The position numbers and the translations under genes were made by a program. A stretch of 61,495 nt of DNA, the filler included, from Basidiobolus ranarum (lineage: Eukaryota), in the NCBI GenBank assembly GCA_040143965.1. It is 5 parts of 5 records of this genome, joined end to end, with 100 filler letters (N's around TTAATTAATTAA, not from the genome) between each part and the next. Parts side by side here need not be neighbours in the genome. Positions count along the whole stretch, not along the records: positions 1 to 12,255 come from JASJQH010007431.1; 4 more parts are not named here. The stretch is one strand, 5' to 3'. Each line of letters opens with the position of its first letter. The first letter of the stretch is position 1. The notes under the pieces are model-generated. The model did no database searches. It was not told the origin of the DNA and saw only the letters and a list, made by a program, of their open reading frames with translations. This document shows positions 1 through 12,355 of this stretch, piece by piece.

Positions 1-96
1 GGTCACGGCGTTCGTGACCGTATTGTCCGTGCTTTCCTTATCGAAGCGCAAAAGATTGTCAAGAAGGTTATCAAGTCACAATCTACCAAGAACTAA
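1..96 (+). CDS. RPL34: 60S ribosomal protein L34 (eL34), 3' end only
   Basis: Frame 1 reads [31 protein letters not shown], matching the eL34 C-terminal motif [20 protein letters not shown]. Truncated by the window start. Confidence 0.85.
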   Translation, partial: GHGVRDRIVRAFLIEAQKIVKKVIKSQSTKN

Positions 97-385
97 TTCT
101 ATAGTATATACTACTTTAGGTGAACTCTAATAAATAAGTGTCAAAAGTACTTATACTACCCACCACATCTCTCTCGATTACATCTTTTGTATAGTTAGTG
201 TATAAAAACTAGGCTCAGTCCTTAGCCTGATATGGAATAAATAACTTCGATTCGAGCTAATTTGTAGTAAAACTCTTGATTTAATGTGTTGTGTTTACTC
301 GAAGCTCGATAAAATATATACTAGTACAAGTGTAAAATAAAATAGGCTCTGTCTTGACATATCAAGCTATCGAATCAAGGTCATT

Positions 386-1712
386 TTACTGCTTGGGTTC
401 AAAAGGAACAACCAACATCTCCGAGAATTCCTGTATATCCTTAACACCACGCACTTCCTTGGTGAGAAGAGGCAATCTAACGATGTGGAAATCTTCGTAG
501 AGATCGTAGATTTGATCAAGATACTTCTGCTGCATCTTGTGACGAACATTACACTGTTCACAATCTGATCCGTTCTTTGGGAATAAAAGCTGATTGACGA
601 TAATATTGTGGGTATCGATTTCATAAGAAGTCAGCTCTTGAATCATACGTTCAGTCTCGTATAATGAAAGGAACTCTGAAATGCAGACACATACGAAAGT
701 AGTCTTTTCCTGTAGTGTAAATCAAAGGTTTACAATAGTTTAGCAATGGTAGAAAGATAAAAATAACAAGTAATCTTCAACTAACAGGATCCTTGAATTG
801 ATTGTTGACTTCGGTGATAACTGAGCGCATTCCTTCAAGCTTACTGAACATATCCTCTTGGGGGTCCATTCCCATCATTCCAGACATCTATTGATAGTGA
901 TATTGTTCAGTTGAGTCTTCCTCCCATAGAGTTCGAAATTTTTTACTTTACCTGCTGTAGCATAGGTCCAAATCTACCACTCAATTGGGATACTTTAGCG
1001 AGGGCCTTTTCAAGAACAGAAGGGAAAGACAAGAAGCGAAGAGTATGGCCAGTAGGTGCAGTATCAAACACAACAACAGAGTATTCCATTGATTTGACCA
1101 ATCTATACAACAAACATGGTAAATATTATTCATCTAGAATAAGGATGTTAAATAAAACCACTGTACTTCATAACTTCAGCAAAGCCCATGGCCTCATCAA
1201 CACCAGGAATAGCAAAGGCAAGATCTTGCATCATAGAACTCATAGCGCCACCTTCAGCTTTGTCTATCATCTCTTGGATGCTACTAGTAGGATCGATTTC
1301 CTATATTAAATAGATACGTGAATATTCATGAGAAAGTTAGACAATACTCGTAAAAACTATCTATATATTTACCATAGCATAAAAGTTATTGAAACCATTA
1401 ACCAAAGTAGGTGTCTTGGAAAATTTCTGACTGAAGGCATCAGACAAGTTATGTGCAGGATCGGTGGAGATGAGTAGAACACTATCTCTAACTTTGGATA
1501 ATTGAACAGCTAAGGAACAACTGAAAGGGAAGAAATAAGTAAGGAATCAAAATATATTACGCCAAAAACTGAACATTAATTGTCAGGAGATTTTACCTGC
1601 TAGTAGTTTTACCAACACCACCTTTACCACCGACGAAAATCCAGTTAAGAGAGTTTTGGTCGAGAACATTGCGAAGGGATCCTTCGAGAGGTTGGAATTC
1701 GTCGTCAGACAT
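386..1712 (-). CDS. GET3: Get3/ArsA-family ATPase for tail-anchored protein targeting, multi-exon
   Basis: ATG at 1712 ([19 protein letters not shown]). Motifs [33 protein letters not shown] and CEQC zinc motif. GT-AG introns; TAA at 386-388. Confidence 0.95.
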
Positions 1713-2175
1713 CTTGATAGTCGCTGATAAGGCAAATGCGTGAATAAGAAGTGTAAGATAATATCTGGCTCATCAATATACTGCCTTGGAAATCTTTCTA
1801 CTGGATTCGTAGATAAAATCACGTGAGGAAGGTCAAGAACTATCGAGAAGCTTTTTAATCTGCACTTCATATGAATAGGCCTTTATGTTACCAATCAAAT
1901 ATCTCAATAGCCATTCAAAAATAAGGAAATTCCAACTGTTTAATTCACACTTAGATTACAATGTTTGATAATAATAACTGCGAAAGATCTTCAGCCATGT
2001 AAGTGTTATTCATGCCAGTAGCAATCAATCAACTATACTGAATTGATGTTTCTCGACGATTTAAAGATCTATTGATAGTGAGGTTAACGCACAAAACTCA
2101 TCATGTGTATCCCATTTATATTGTATTTAAGTTTAATGATAAAGTTCTATTGATCAGTCTACGATGCTTCTGCAA

Positions 2176-3413
2176 TTACTCAGAAAGAGGTGCTTTCTCT
2201 GGAGATTCCTTGCTTTCCTCGTCATCATCCTCGGCAAACTTACGACGTGGTATAACATAAGTAAAAGCTGACTCCCAGCTTTTTGTTTCCAGATATTTGA
2301 CTAAAATCTCGAATACTAATATAATTGGCTGTTAGCTCAAGAATGTATTTAGCAAGAAATTAAGGAAATGGTAGTACCATGGTTAACAGTCAAAACTTTA
2401 CGCGAAGCCAATTTCACAAATTCGCCGATGGGAAGTTGTGCAGTTTGAATACCTTCCTCTTGAGCTTTGTTGTAAGTTAAAAGCTAGATGGAATAGACCT
2501 TTAGCCATCGAAAATACATCCATGGTGCAAAACAAACAACGTTAAATAATACCTTGTGTCGATTTTTGTCAACAATACCTCCAATAATGTAGACTTTGTC
2601 ATCGTCCAGTTCGCGAATTACGTTGGGAGAATCAGCAGTTAGATACACCAGCTCTTCCTTTTTAAAAATATCTGTATAGCTCTGTTTTTCGTAGGTAAAG
2701 TTCTTCCAATTTTCCATATCTGGAGCTTCGTTGAATCGACGTTCTAACTCACCACCCAAACTAGTGGCATAAATATTTACAGGATGTTTACAAGCTCTAT
2801 TCGCAGAGTAACAGCGCTGAATTTGACCACTCATGGAAGAAATTTCCTAAAATAAAAATTCATCAGCAAACTGGAGCGTTTCTACAAACCGCTCATCGAC
2901 CACGATAGCATAGTTCACTGATTGTATTTCAAACTATAAATAATCACCTTTGTTGACATTAAAGATTCGAAGCTAAGATCTAGCACAACTCGAACATTAC
3001 TCGGCACCTGCTCAAGCTTAACTTTCTTGGCAGGAGCTTCAATAAGGCCTTTAAAAAAAGTAAAATCAGGATCTCAAGCTCTTCAAATAAAAAAGGATTG
3101 CTCCTCTTCTACAAATATGTAAAATAAGCATACCAGCCTCAATTGCCATTCGTTTTTCAACTTTCTTCTTCTTTGCTAGCATTTTCTTTTTAACTTTCCA
3201 CTCTACTTTAGAAACCTCTAAACGTTTCTGCTTAATCAATTTTCTCAGGGCATTTCGGGTCACTCCTTCTGAGGAGATACCTAATTCCTCAGCTTGTTCT
3301 AATAATGAAGGATGGGTTCTGACTTGTGTTTCTTTAACATCCTCAGTTTTTTCCTCGGAACTGAGAGGTAAATTATCCCCAACACTGACTTTGTCTTCTC
3401 CAGAAATGCTCAT
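2176..3413 (-). CDS. TRM10: tRNA m1G9 methyltransferase Trm10, multi-exon
   Basis: Motifs [34 protein letters not shown] and KVLTVNH. Last exon ends [15 protein letters not shown]...PLSE*; four GT-AG introns. Confidence 0.92.
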
Positions 3414-4141
3414 GATTCAGGCTATTCTTGCAAAGGCGATAGTAATAATAAAAATACACATGCATTCCCTTTTTTTCAGATGGATTTTTCGGATATCAAT
3501 GTCGACATTGTAAATAACCAACATTTAGTAGATAATCATTTTACAATCTTGCTTTCTGTGTACAAATGTACCAAAATTGCTTCAACTATGACACTAATTG
3601 CTAATGGTAATTGTTAACCTCCATGTATGCCTAGGATCTATGAACGTTCAGATACCGAGCGTTGATTCGCCCGAATAGGACTCTCAGATATTCCTTGCTT
3701 GGTGATTCAAATGGAGGTAATTGGTTAGTAAGCCGAAATTGTCTACACACTGTAAGATATTGGGGATGGAAAGCACCCGAAGTATCTAGCAACTTTCATC
3801 AGGGTATATGAGAACTTCATTGGATTTCATTTAATATATTGATCTTATAAGGAATCTTAAATTAATGATGCTATATAAAATTGGTTATTTTTTCTTTACA
3901 TAATTATTAGGAAAACAAGAGAAAAAAAAAGAATACTACGGCCGATTCGATTCAATTTTACCTGCTTTAAAATATATTATAAAATGAGGGGCGCAAGAAA
4001 AGGGGTAGATTTAAATTCGGAAAGAAAAATCCACATAGGATTTATTAGAGACTCTCTTGTATTTTCGAAATCCTCTTGCTCAGTTACTTGACTTAATTGC
4101 CAGCAACTGTTCATTGCCACTTTTCTCTCTCTTCATTAAAC

Positions 4142-5486
4142 ATGGTCAAGGACACAAAATACTACGATATTTTGGAGGTTTCTCCTACCGCTTCTGAAAG
4201 CGAGCTCAAGAAAGCTTACCGTAAGCTTGCTTTAAAGTTTCATCCTGATAAGGTACACCTTTTTTTCCATCATCTAGTAACTCATTACAAACTATTTTGA
4301 GTTTGATTGATTCTTCTTGGAATTTACTTCGAGATTCATTTTTATTTGACTTGAAAGATGCTAACTCTATATTCCCTCATAGAATCCTGATGCTGGTGAC
4401 AAGTTCAAGGATATCTCTCACGCTTATGAGATTTTGTCTGATTCCGAAAAGAGAAACATTTATGACCAATATGGTGAAGATGGTCTCAAGAACGAAGGTG
4501 GTCCTGGTATGTCTGCTGAGGACTTGTTCTCTCAATTCTTTGGCGGAGGCTTCTTCGGTGGAGGTGGTCCTCGTCAACCCAGTGGCCCCAAGAGAGGCAA
4601 GGATGTTCACCATGCTCTTAAGGTCTCTTTAGAAGATCTTTACAAGGGTAAAACTAGCAAACTTGCTCTACAAAAGAATGTTATTTGCGCTCCTTGTAAA
4701 GGTAAGGGTGGTAAAGAAGGTGCCGTTAAGACTTGCTCTACCTGTAATGGACGAGGTGTTCGTATCATTCATCGTCAACTTGGTCCTATGATCCAACAAA
4801 TCCAACAACACTGTAACGATTGTAACGGTGAAGGACAAGTGATCAACGAGAAGGATAAGTGCAAGAACTGTAACGGTAAGAAAGTTATTTCAGAACGTAA
4901 GGTTCTCGAAGTCCACATCGACAAAGGTATGAGAGATGGCCAGAAGGTCACTTTCCATGGAGAGGCTGATCAAGCTCCTGATGTCGTTCCTGGTGATATT
5001 GTCATCGTTATTGAAGAGAAGCCTCACACTCGTTTCAGACGCAAGGGTGACGATCTTTTCTATAACGCTAAGATCGATCTTCTCACTGCTTTGGCTGGTG
5101 GTCACTTTGTCATTGAACACTTGGACGGTAGAAAGCTTAAGGTCAACATTCTTCCAGGTGAAGTTATTAAGCCTGAAGAAGTCAAGGCCATTCAAAACGA
5201 GGGTATGCCCAGTCATCGTCATCACCAACATGGTGATCTCTATGTTCAATTTGATGTCGAGTTCCCTGAGCGCAACTGGACTAACCCTGAGAACATTGCT
5301 CTCTTGGAGAAGATTCTCCCTCCCAGACCATCTGTACCCAAGCAGAACAAGGGTGACTTTGAGGAAGTAGTTCTTAGTGATATGGATGCTTCTCAGAAGA
5401 ATCGTGCTGACCACGGTATGGATGAGGATTATGAGGATGAAGATGGTCAAGGTCAAGGACCTGGTGTTCAATGTGCCCAACAATAA
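4142..5486 (+). CDS. YDJ1: Type I Hsp40 co-chaperone (Ydj1/Mas5, DNAJA); intron 4253-4382
   Basis: [14 protein letters not shown]-domain with HPD, G/F region, four CxxCxGxG-type repeats, C-terminal CaaX box CAQQ. Confidence 0.96.
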
Positions 5487-6432
5487 GCACGTTTATTTCC
5501 CCACATACTACTCATCTTTTCACCTAGCTCTCTACACTCTATAATACCTCGTCACATCTTTCGATTTAGCTTCCTAAACTTTTTATATTATATACTTCTA
5601 TAAAGATAAATTTAGCATCGTGCATGTCTGATTTTGTTTTCATCAAAGTTCTCTTAATAGTGAGATTAGAAAGAAACACAAGTGAACATTGTTAATTAAA
5701 TAGCATTCCATAGTTAAATGTCTTGTTCAGAGCTTTTTTAGTAGACAATGATCTCTCGATTATTCATTGCCTAAGTATCATGTCTACGAACCACAAAATC
5801 ATTTCAAACCAAGCTTATCATAGACTATTTAGTTTAAAATTTACTTAACTTCACAATCTATAAAAAGAGGTTTGTTCAACAACTTCCTCAGGTGCTGTAA
5901 AATAGATTAAGTTGCACCATAGCAGTGCATAGTGTAGGTGTGAGAAACTCATGATATTGTAAACCCAACAATATGTCATCCGGTTGAAGTTATTTTTTAC
6001 TGGGATTTTTCCCAAGTTGAAGGGATATTTGTGCAATGTATTCCCGTTCAAAATCCTGGAAGTGGCTTAGCTTAAAGTTCATTAAAGTAAGAGCATGTTG
6101 AATATGGAATATAGTTACTAATAACTATGCAAATAAATCATGTGGCACTTTATACTTCATATTCATGTGGCATTTTATAATTTAATCATAAGCTGTTAAA
6201 GGCAGATGTTGGATTTCGATCACTGAATACAAATCTAAACAACACACTGCAAGTCTTGAATTTTTCATAATCAACACCAATTGTATGGGAAGGCCTGGTT
6301 GATATTTCTATGTAAATCTTATTCCATACGAGCCGCTTCAATAACGAAGCCGATCATAGCCGAAGTAATCTCAAAGCCGAAACTATGTATGGTGTAATCG
6401 CTAAGAAGTTTTGGGGACAATTGAGTAAAAAA

Positions 6433-6739
6433 GAGTCAGCTGATAAGTAGATAACAAAAGCGTCCATGCAATGTTCCAAAAAGGCAACGAGAGCAAATTT
6501 TCAATATCAGATGGTAAGCAAAAGCTACTGAATCAGACATAAATGGAAGTGTTGTGCCACAGACAACTTTGTCACGTTGCTCCAATGACTCCATTGGCTA
6601 GTTGAGGGTAAACTCCTATTGGAATCAGTAATAAGATTTATAAAACAAGCCACCCTTTGCATAATGTTGGAGTCGCATGGGAAATACGAATCAATGGTAA
6701 AGAGCGATTGGTGATGGACTTTGACTCATTACGCGTAAT
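6433..6739. promoter_or_regulatory. Cluster of Gcn4/CpcA-type response elements upstream of CPA2
   Basis: GAGTCA at 6433-6438, TGACTC at 6586-6591 and TGACTCA at 6722-6728, abutting palindrome ATTACGCGTAAT at 6728-6739. TATA-like TATAAG near 6862. Arginine biosynthesis genes are classical general-control targets. Confidence 0.55.
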
Positions 6740-7038
6740 CTCGGGTATTAGGGTAAAGTCGAGAATGATTGAGATTTATTGTTTTTGCCATCAGAAAGTT
6801 ACAATATAGATGCTATCAATCAGTGAATTTGTGATTGCCAAATACGATCCCTGACGACTACTATAAGAGCCTTGCAAATTCCCTTCAATAGCTTTCATCA
6901 CTAAGTGAATACAGTTTCTTGGCTTTTGTTGTATCGCCTGCACACTATTTTTCCCAGCTCTTGACACTCACAGTAGCTGGATTCGACTCTTCCATTGAAC
7001 TCACTTTGTTTAAATCACTACCAACATATCATAGAGTC

Positions 7039-10000
7039 ATGTACAAGAGCCTTTCAAAACCGTTGGCAACTGCCGCTCAGAATATTTATCGTCAAGGCCT
7101 TCGTTCTTCAAATACTTCTTTCAGCAAGTCCTTCTCTGTCCTTGCTTCTCAACCCACTCGCCGAATCCTCAAAGATGAGCTCGCTCTCAAAAATGTAATT
7201 CGGGTCATCAATGGTCGTTGTGGGACTTACCGTTCCTTATCCTCGTCAGCATTCCTTCAGCAGAATGAAACTCCTAAAAGATCTATGAGCAGTGCCATCG
7301 ATTCAATTTCAGCTGCCGAGATTTTGAAGGAGGTTCCTAAAGTCGATGTGAAAAAAGTTTTGGTCGTTGGATCCGGTGGCCTTTCAATTGGGCAAGCTGG
7401 TGAGTTCGATTATTCAGGATCTCAAGCTATCAAAGCTCTTCGTGAAGCAAACGTCAAAACTATCCTTGTAAATCCAAATATCGCTACAATTCAAACATCG
7501 CACTCTTTGGCTGATAGCGTTTATTTCCTTCCTGTCACACCTGAGTATCTCACTCATATTCTTGAAAGAGAACGCCCCGATGGCATCCTCCTTACCTTTG
7601 GTGGACAAACTGGTCTTAACTGCGGTATTGCCTTGGATCGTATGGGAGTTTTGGACAGACTGGGAGTTAAAGTATTGGGTACACCAATTCAAACCTTAGT
7701 TACCAGTGAAGATCGTGAACTATTTGCTCAAGCATTGAAGGAGATTGATATTCCCGTTGCTCAATCTACTGCCGTTTCTTCTGTCAATGACGCTTTAAAC
7801 GCCGCCGAAGAAATTGGTTATCCCATTATTGTCCGTTCGGCTTTCTCGCTTGGTGGCCTCGGTTCCGGATTTGCTGCCAATTCTCAAGAACTTCGTCAGT
7901 TGGCAACCAAATCTCTTTCCCTTTCACCACAGATTCTAGTGGAGAAGTCAATGAAGGGGTGGAAAGAGGTAGAGTACGAAGTAGTTCGCGATGCTGCTAA
8001 TAACTGTATTACTGTATGTAATATGGAGAACTTTGATCCTCTTGGAGTACATACTGGTGATAGTATTGTGGTTGCTCCTAGTCAAACACTTTCTGATGAA
8101 GAATACCATATGTTGCGTACTGCTGCCATCAAGATTGTTAGACATCTTGGAGTTGTCGGTGAATGTAACGTTCAATATGCCCTACATCCTGAGAGTTTAG
8201 AATTCAAAGTTATCGAGGTAAATGCTCGTTTGAGTAGAAGTTCTGCTCTCGCCTCAAAGGCTACCGGATACCCTCTTGCCTTTGTAGCAGCTAAGATCGC
8301 CCTCGGTCATACTCTCCCTGAACTAAACAATGCGGTCACTAAGACTACCACTGCATGCTTCGAACCATCGCTTGATTATATTGTTACCAAGATTCCTAGA
8401 TGGGATCTCAGTAAATTCAACCATGTCAGTCGTGACATTGGAAGTTGCATGAAGAGTGTTGGTGAAGTAATGGCAATTGGTAGAACCTTTGAAGAGTCAC
8501 TACAAAAGGCTGTTCGTCAAGTAGACCCTTCTTTCCAAGGGTTCCAATCATTACCATTCGAGAATCTGGACGAGGTTCTCCGTAACCCTACCGATAGACG
8601 TTTGTTTGCCGTTGGTAGCGCCATGTTAGATAAAGGTTATTCAGTTGATAAGATCCACGATATTACTAAAATCGATCGTTGGTTCTTGCATAAACTGAAG
8701 AATATTGCCGATGTCCAAAGCGAGCTGAAAAAGAATACCCTCGAGAACACTCCTGTTGAGTTGCTTCATCAAGCCAAAAAATCTGGATTCTCGGATATTC
8801 AAATTTCTGAGCTTGTTAATGCCACCGAAGATGAAGTACGTAAGGTCAGAAAGGGTCACAACATTACACCTTTCGTCAAGCGTATTGATACTTTGGCTGC
8901 TGAGTTCCCTACCACTACCAATTACTTGTACACTACCTACAATGCCACTACCCATGATGTTGAATTCAACGATCAAGGAACTATGGTCTTAGGTTCGGGA
9001 GTTTATCGCATTGGTTCTTCCGTAGAGTTTGACTGGTGTGGTGTTAGCTGTGCTCGTGCTCTTCGTAAGATTGGACGTAAGACGGTAATGGTCAACTACA
9101 ACCCAGAGACAGTATCAACCGATTTTGATGAATGTGACCGCCTTTACTTTGAGGAGTTATCCTATGAACGTGTCAAAGATATTTATGAGCAAGAAAACGC
9201 TCAAGGAGTAGTAGTCAGCGTAGGAGGCCAACTCCCTCAGAACATAGCTTTACGCCTTCACAATAACGATGTCAACGTACTTGGTACAAGCCCAGTTATG
9301 ATCGACAAAGCTGAGGATAGATTCAAGTTCTCTCAAATTCTTGATCGTATCGGTGTAGATCAACCCGAGTGGAAGGAGCTAACAAGTGTAGGTGAAGCCA
9401 AAACGTTTGCCGATAAGGTCGGATACCCAGTCCTTGTTCGTCCTTCTTACGTTTTATCGGGAGCTGCCATGAATGTTGCTCATGATGCTGCTACTTTGGA
9501 TCGTCACTTGACCTTGGCTGCCAATGTCTCTCCTCTTCATCCTGTTGTGATTACCAAGTTCATTGATTCTGCACAAGAGATTGATGTCGATGCCGTAGCC
9601 CATAAGGGTAAGCTTTTATGCCATGCCATTTCAGAGCATGTCGAGAACGCCGGTGTTCACTCAGGTGATGCTACTTTAGTTCTACCAAGTCGTGAACTTC
9701 CTGAACAGACTCTTGAAAAACTCAAGGACATCACCAAGAAGGTGGCCGATGCTTTTGCTATCACTGGTCCATTCAATATGCAGGTTATTCGTAAAGCAGG
9801 TGAAAGTGAGATCTTGAAGGTCATTGAATGTAACCTTCGTGCATCCCGTTCTTTCCCCTTTGTTTCCAAGGTTCTGGATACCAACTTCATTGATGTTTCT
9901 ACCCACGCTTTATGTGACACCGATGTTCCTGCTCCCGTAGATTTGATGCAGAAAAAGCTCCCTTACCAAGCCATCAAAGTCCCTCAATTCTCCTGGACTA

Positions 10001-10566
10001 GATTGGCTGGAGCAGATCCATTCCTTGGAGTTGAAATGGCTTCTACCGGTGAGGTCGCCTGCTTTGGTACAGATAAGCATGAAGCCTACCTAGCAGCTAT
10101 TCAATCCACCACCAACTTCCGTCTTCCACAGCAAGGTATCTTACTTGGTAGGGATCAACTTACCAACGTCGATGACTTTGTTCACGTTGCTAAGCAATTT
10201 AGTACACTGAACCATCCTCTCTATACCGATAACGAAGAGACAAGTCAATTATTGAAAGAGCATGGTATTCAATGTCAGCAAGTTGATTTCCCTTGGGATG
10301 AGAAACGTGGACTTCAAGAAGTCTTGAACAAGCACAACATTGATTTCTGTGTGAACTTGGCCAAGGAGAAGCCCAATGAAATCATGGATCCCAACTACCG
10401 TATGCGCCGTAGTGCCGTAGACTTTGGTATTCCACTATTGAACGATGCCAAATGTGCTCGTCTCTTTGCCGATGCTTTACTTATCAAGAAGAACAATACC
10501 ACACCCCTGAAGAAGGGAGACTTCCCTAGTGAAGTAAAGAGTTGGGAAGATTTCCTTAGCATGTAA
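7039..10566 (+). CDS. CPA2: Carbamoyl-phosphate synthase large chain, arginine-specific, with likely mitochondrial presequence; intronless
   Basis: GSGGLSIGQAGEFDYSGSQA and LGSGVYRIGSSVEFDW, two ATP-grasp halves, C-terminal MGS-like domain. No GATase/DHO/ATC domains, so not CAD/URA2. The first ATG is 7039 (the ORF track starts at a TTG); the N-terminus is Ser/Arg-rich. Confidence 0.95.
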   Translation: MYKSLSKPLATAAQNIYRQGLRSSNTSFSKSFSVLASQPTRRILKDELALKNVIRVINGRCGTYRSLSSSAFLQQNETPKRSMSSAIDSISAAEILKEVPKVDVKKVLVVGSGGLSIGQAGEFDYSGSQAIKALREANVKTILVNPNIATIQTSHSLADSVYFLPVTPEYLTHILERERPDGILLTFGGQTGLNCGIALDRMGVLDRLGVKVLGTPIQTLVTSEDRELFAQALKEIDIPVAQSTAVSSVNDALNAAEEIGYPIIVRSAFSLGGLGSGFAANSQELRQLATKSLSLSPQILVEKSMKGWKEVEYEVVRDAANNCITVCNMENFDPLGVHTGDSIVVAPSQTLSDEEYHMLRTAAIKIVRHLGVVGECNVQYALHPESLEFKVIEVNARLSRSSALASKATGYPLAFVAAKIALGHTLPELNNAVTKTTTACFEPSLDYIVTKIPRWDLSKFNHVSRDIGSCMKSVGEVMAIGRTFEESLQKAVRQVDPSFQGFQSLPFENLDEVLRNPTDRRLFAVGSAMLDKGYSVDKIHDITKIDRWFLHKLKNIADVQSELKKNTLENTPVELLHQAKKSGFSDIQISELVNATEDEVRKVRKGHNITPFVKRIDTLAAEFPTTTNYLYTTYNATTHDVEFNDQGTMVLGSGVYRIGSSVEFDWCGVSCARALRKIGRKTVMVNYNPETVSTDFDECDRLYFEELSYERVKDIYEQENAQGVVVSVGGQLPQNIALRLHNNDVNVLGTSPVMIDKAEDRFKFSQILDRIGVDQPEWKELTSVGEAKTFADKVGYPVLVRPSYVLSGAAMNVAHDAATLDRHLTLAANVSPLHPVVITKFIDSAQEIDVDAVAHKGKLLCHAISEHVENAGVHSGDATLVLPSRELPEQTLEKLKDITKKVADAFAITGPFNMQVIRKAGESEILKVIECNLRASRSFPFVSKVLDTNFIDVSTHALCDTDVPAPVDLMQKKLPYQAIKVPQFSWTRLAGADPFLGVEMASTGEVACFGTDKHEAYLAAIQSTTNFRLPQQGILLGRDQLTNVDDFVHVAKQFSTLNHPLYTDNEETSQLLKEHGIQCQQVDFPWDEKRGLQEVLNKHNIDFCVNLAKEKPNEIMDPNYRMRRSAVDFGIPLLNDAKCARLFADALLIKKNNTTPLKKGDFPSEVKSWEDFLSM

Positions 10567-10934
10567 AAAAAGCCATATTTTAATTGGGCACCTAATTCAC
10601 TTTGCACAAATTCGCGCATTTAGTTACCCATAGTATTTTTGTCATGTATTTAATTAGCCAACTTCAACTTCACTTTCCCACATCTCCTTTTTAATCTATC
10701 TATGTCTTTCTGAACTCTTATTCACTCGGTTGATTCCAAGCTATGTATTCATCTAATCGTTTAGAGATTTGCTTCCATCTATAAATCATCAATTTTATCA
10801 CCAACTATTTGCAATAATTAATATTATCGAGATGTTAGCACAAATAGTCACACTAAATTTATGATTTCTTTACTTGCAAAATTTGTAGTCAGACGTAGAT
10901 TTGCTCTTCTTGAAGTTTGAAAGCGTAGCTCAAT

Positions 10935-11614
10935 ATGCTGCATCCAATGCGTACTTATATTCCTAATATTTCTCGCGTTAAACAATGTACACTTCGCTTT
11001 TATGCCACAAAAATGACACAAGACCCTCAGTATAAGGGTCTATTCTATCACCCCACAAAAGATTCCAAATTCGCAGTATCTTTTCTAGATTTTGATAAAG
11101 AAAAGGCCATTATTGGTTGGGTACCTGAAGATTGTGTTGGTAAACTCGAAAAAAAACCAGACGCTTTCGTCACTAATACCAAATTCCAAGAACTTCTTCA
11201 CCAAGTCATTAAAGACAATGCTCATATTGTGGACAAGACTCTTATAGCTTTAGCTAAACACCAAAAGCAAGGCTGGTTACATATCGCGGGTATGGTTAAT
11301 TCTTTTCGAAATGTTTTTTCTTTCAACTCGTCATTAAACCAAAACTGTTACCCTCCATAGACGAAAGAAACCCACCTCCTTGGGGAAGGTATTGAATAGT
11401 GAATAATTGGTATTAATAGGATTATATCTAACATCACTTCTATTATAGAATTCCTTCGCCTGAAGATATTTTCGGCAGTGTGAACGTAATAGATGGTAAA
11501 ATAGTCGAAGGCAGCTATCAACGCATGCTTGCACATCGAATCGTCTCCTCTAATGGATTATTTAAACTTAGTGACCCTTTGCACCAAAGATTAGTTCAAA
11601 TTTTAAAATCTTGA
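10935..11614 (+). CDS. Conserved-looking fungal hypothetical protein, probably mitochondrial (3 exons)
   Basis: Arg-rich N-terminus. Spliced product reads ...GWLHIA|DERNPPPWGR|IPSPEDIFGSV...HRIVSSNGLFKLS... and ends at TGA 11612-11614. Confidence 0.7.
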
Positions 11615-11740
11615 TTTTCTTGAATTTTGAACTGAGCATACATTCATAATCAACCAATTCAATAAATTGCTGGAGACGATATGTAGCTTATCCACCCTCT
11701 TTATTTACGAAGTCATGGTAAAGTTTAAGGGACATGGAAT

Positions 11741-12163
11741 TTATCTGATAGAAGCGTTAATGATCGAATTAACAGTACAAACACCAGCTTCAGTTCGCAT
11801 AAGATGCGGTTTATTTTCATCATCAGTCCACAAGGCTATTTTATCTTCGTTGGTCTTGAGACCAGGTTGAATGGTTTCAAAGATTTTCTTCTTAGGGTTG
11901 AGTTGAGCTAAGGGTTTACCATCTTGGTAATCTTCAAAATAAACACGATCACCAGGTTTACTACCTGCAGGAGGAGTGACCAATTCAATGCTGGTTCCAT
12001 CATTGACAGCAAGAACCATGGCATGGGATTTTATACCACGCATATTAACAGGTTTTAGATTGCAAACCAGGACAACATCTATGTCTATCATGTCTTCGAT
12101 GGGAATGTACTTGACTAAACCAGAGATAACAGTGCGTGGCTCAGCTTCTCCAACCTCAATCTG
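11741..12163 (-). CDS. EMAP II-like OB-fold tRNA-binding C-terminal domain (Arc1/AIMP1 or an aaRS appendage); 5' part missing
   Basis: [37 protein letters not shown] and [14 protein letters not shown]. Homology breaks about 90 bp before the gap. Confidence 0.85.
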   Translation of the reverse strand, partial: QIEVGEAEPRTVISGLVKYIPIEDMIDIDVVLVCNLKPVNMRGIKSHAMVLAVNDGTSIELVTPPAGSKPGDRVYFEDYQDGKPLAQLNPKKKIFETIQPGLKTNEDKIALWTDDENKPHLMRTEAGVCTVNSIINASIR

Positions 12164-12255
12164 GCACTTTGCCTTCGAATCCTTCAACAACAATGCGTTC
12201 ATTGGGATTTGTAATGCCAGTCAGGAAATCAGGAATACTCTTTCTTAGCTCACAG

Positions 12256-12355
12256 NNNNNNNNNNNNNNNNNNNNNNNNNNNNNNNNNNNNNNNNNNNNT
12301 TAATTAATTAANNNNNNNNNNNNNNNNNNNNNNNNNNNNNNNNNNNNNNNNNNNN
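12256..12355. other. Artificial contig linker (N44-TTAATTAATTAA-N44)
   Basis: 100-bp N run with a six-frame stop linker. Confidence 0.97.

Noticed and set aside
1..60. Substitutions in RPL34 (GHG for the expected Cys, EAQ for EEQ) as a zinc-free paralog
   Set aside because: They are in the first bases of a contig, where consensus quality is doubtful.
4890..5483. Long antisense or overlapping ORFs over YDJ1, CPA2, RPS12, PNP1 and the ATPase
   Set aside because: These are shadows of codon bias in the real genes and have no independent protein features.
6860..7260. Arginine attenuator peptide uORF at CPA2
   Set aside because: No DY(I/L)SDH(I/L)W motif in the frames read, and the AAP belongs to the small-subunit gene (CPA1/arg-2). 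VINGR is a coincidental match.
12164..12255. Novel N-terminal extension or fusion on the ARC1-like domain; likewise the RPL19 tail at 36795-36905
   Set aside because: Homology stops abruptly about 90-110 bp from contig ends. Chimeric or low-quality ends are more likely (or an intron in the ARC1 case).
12300..12311. TTAATTAATTAA palindrome recurring about every 12.3 kb as a periodic biological element
   Set aside because: It is embedded in N runs and is an assembly linker; the periodicity reflects contig size sorting.
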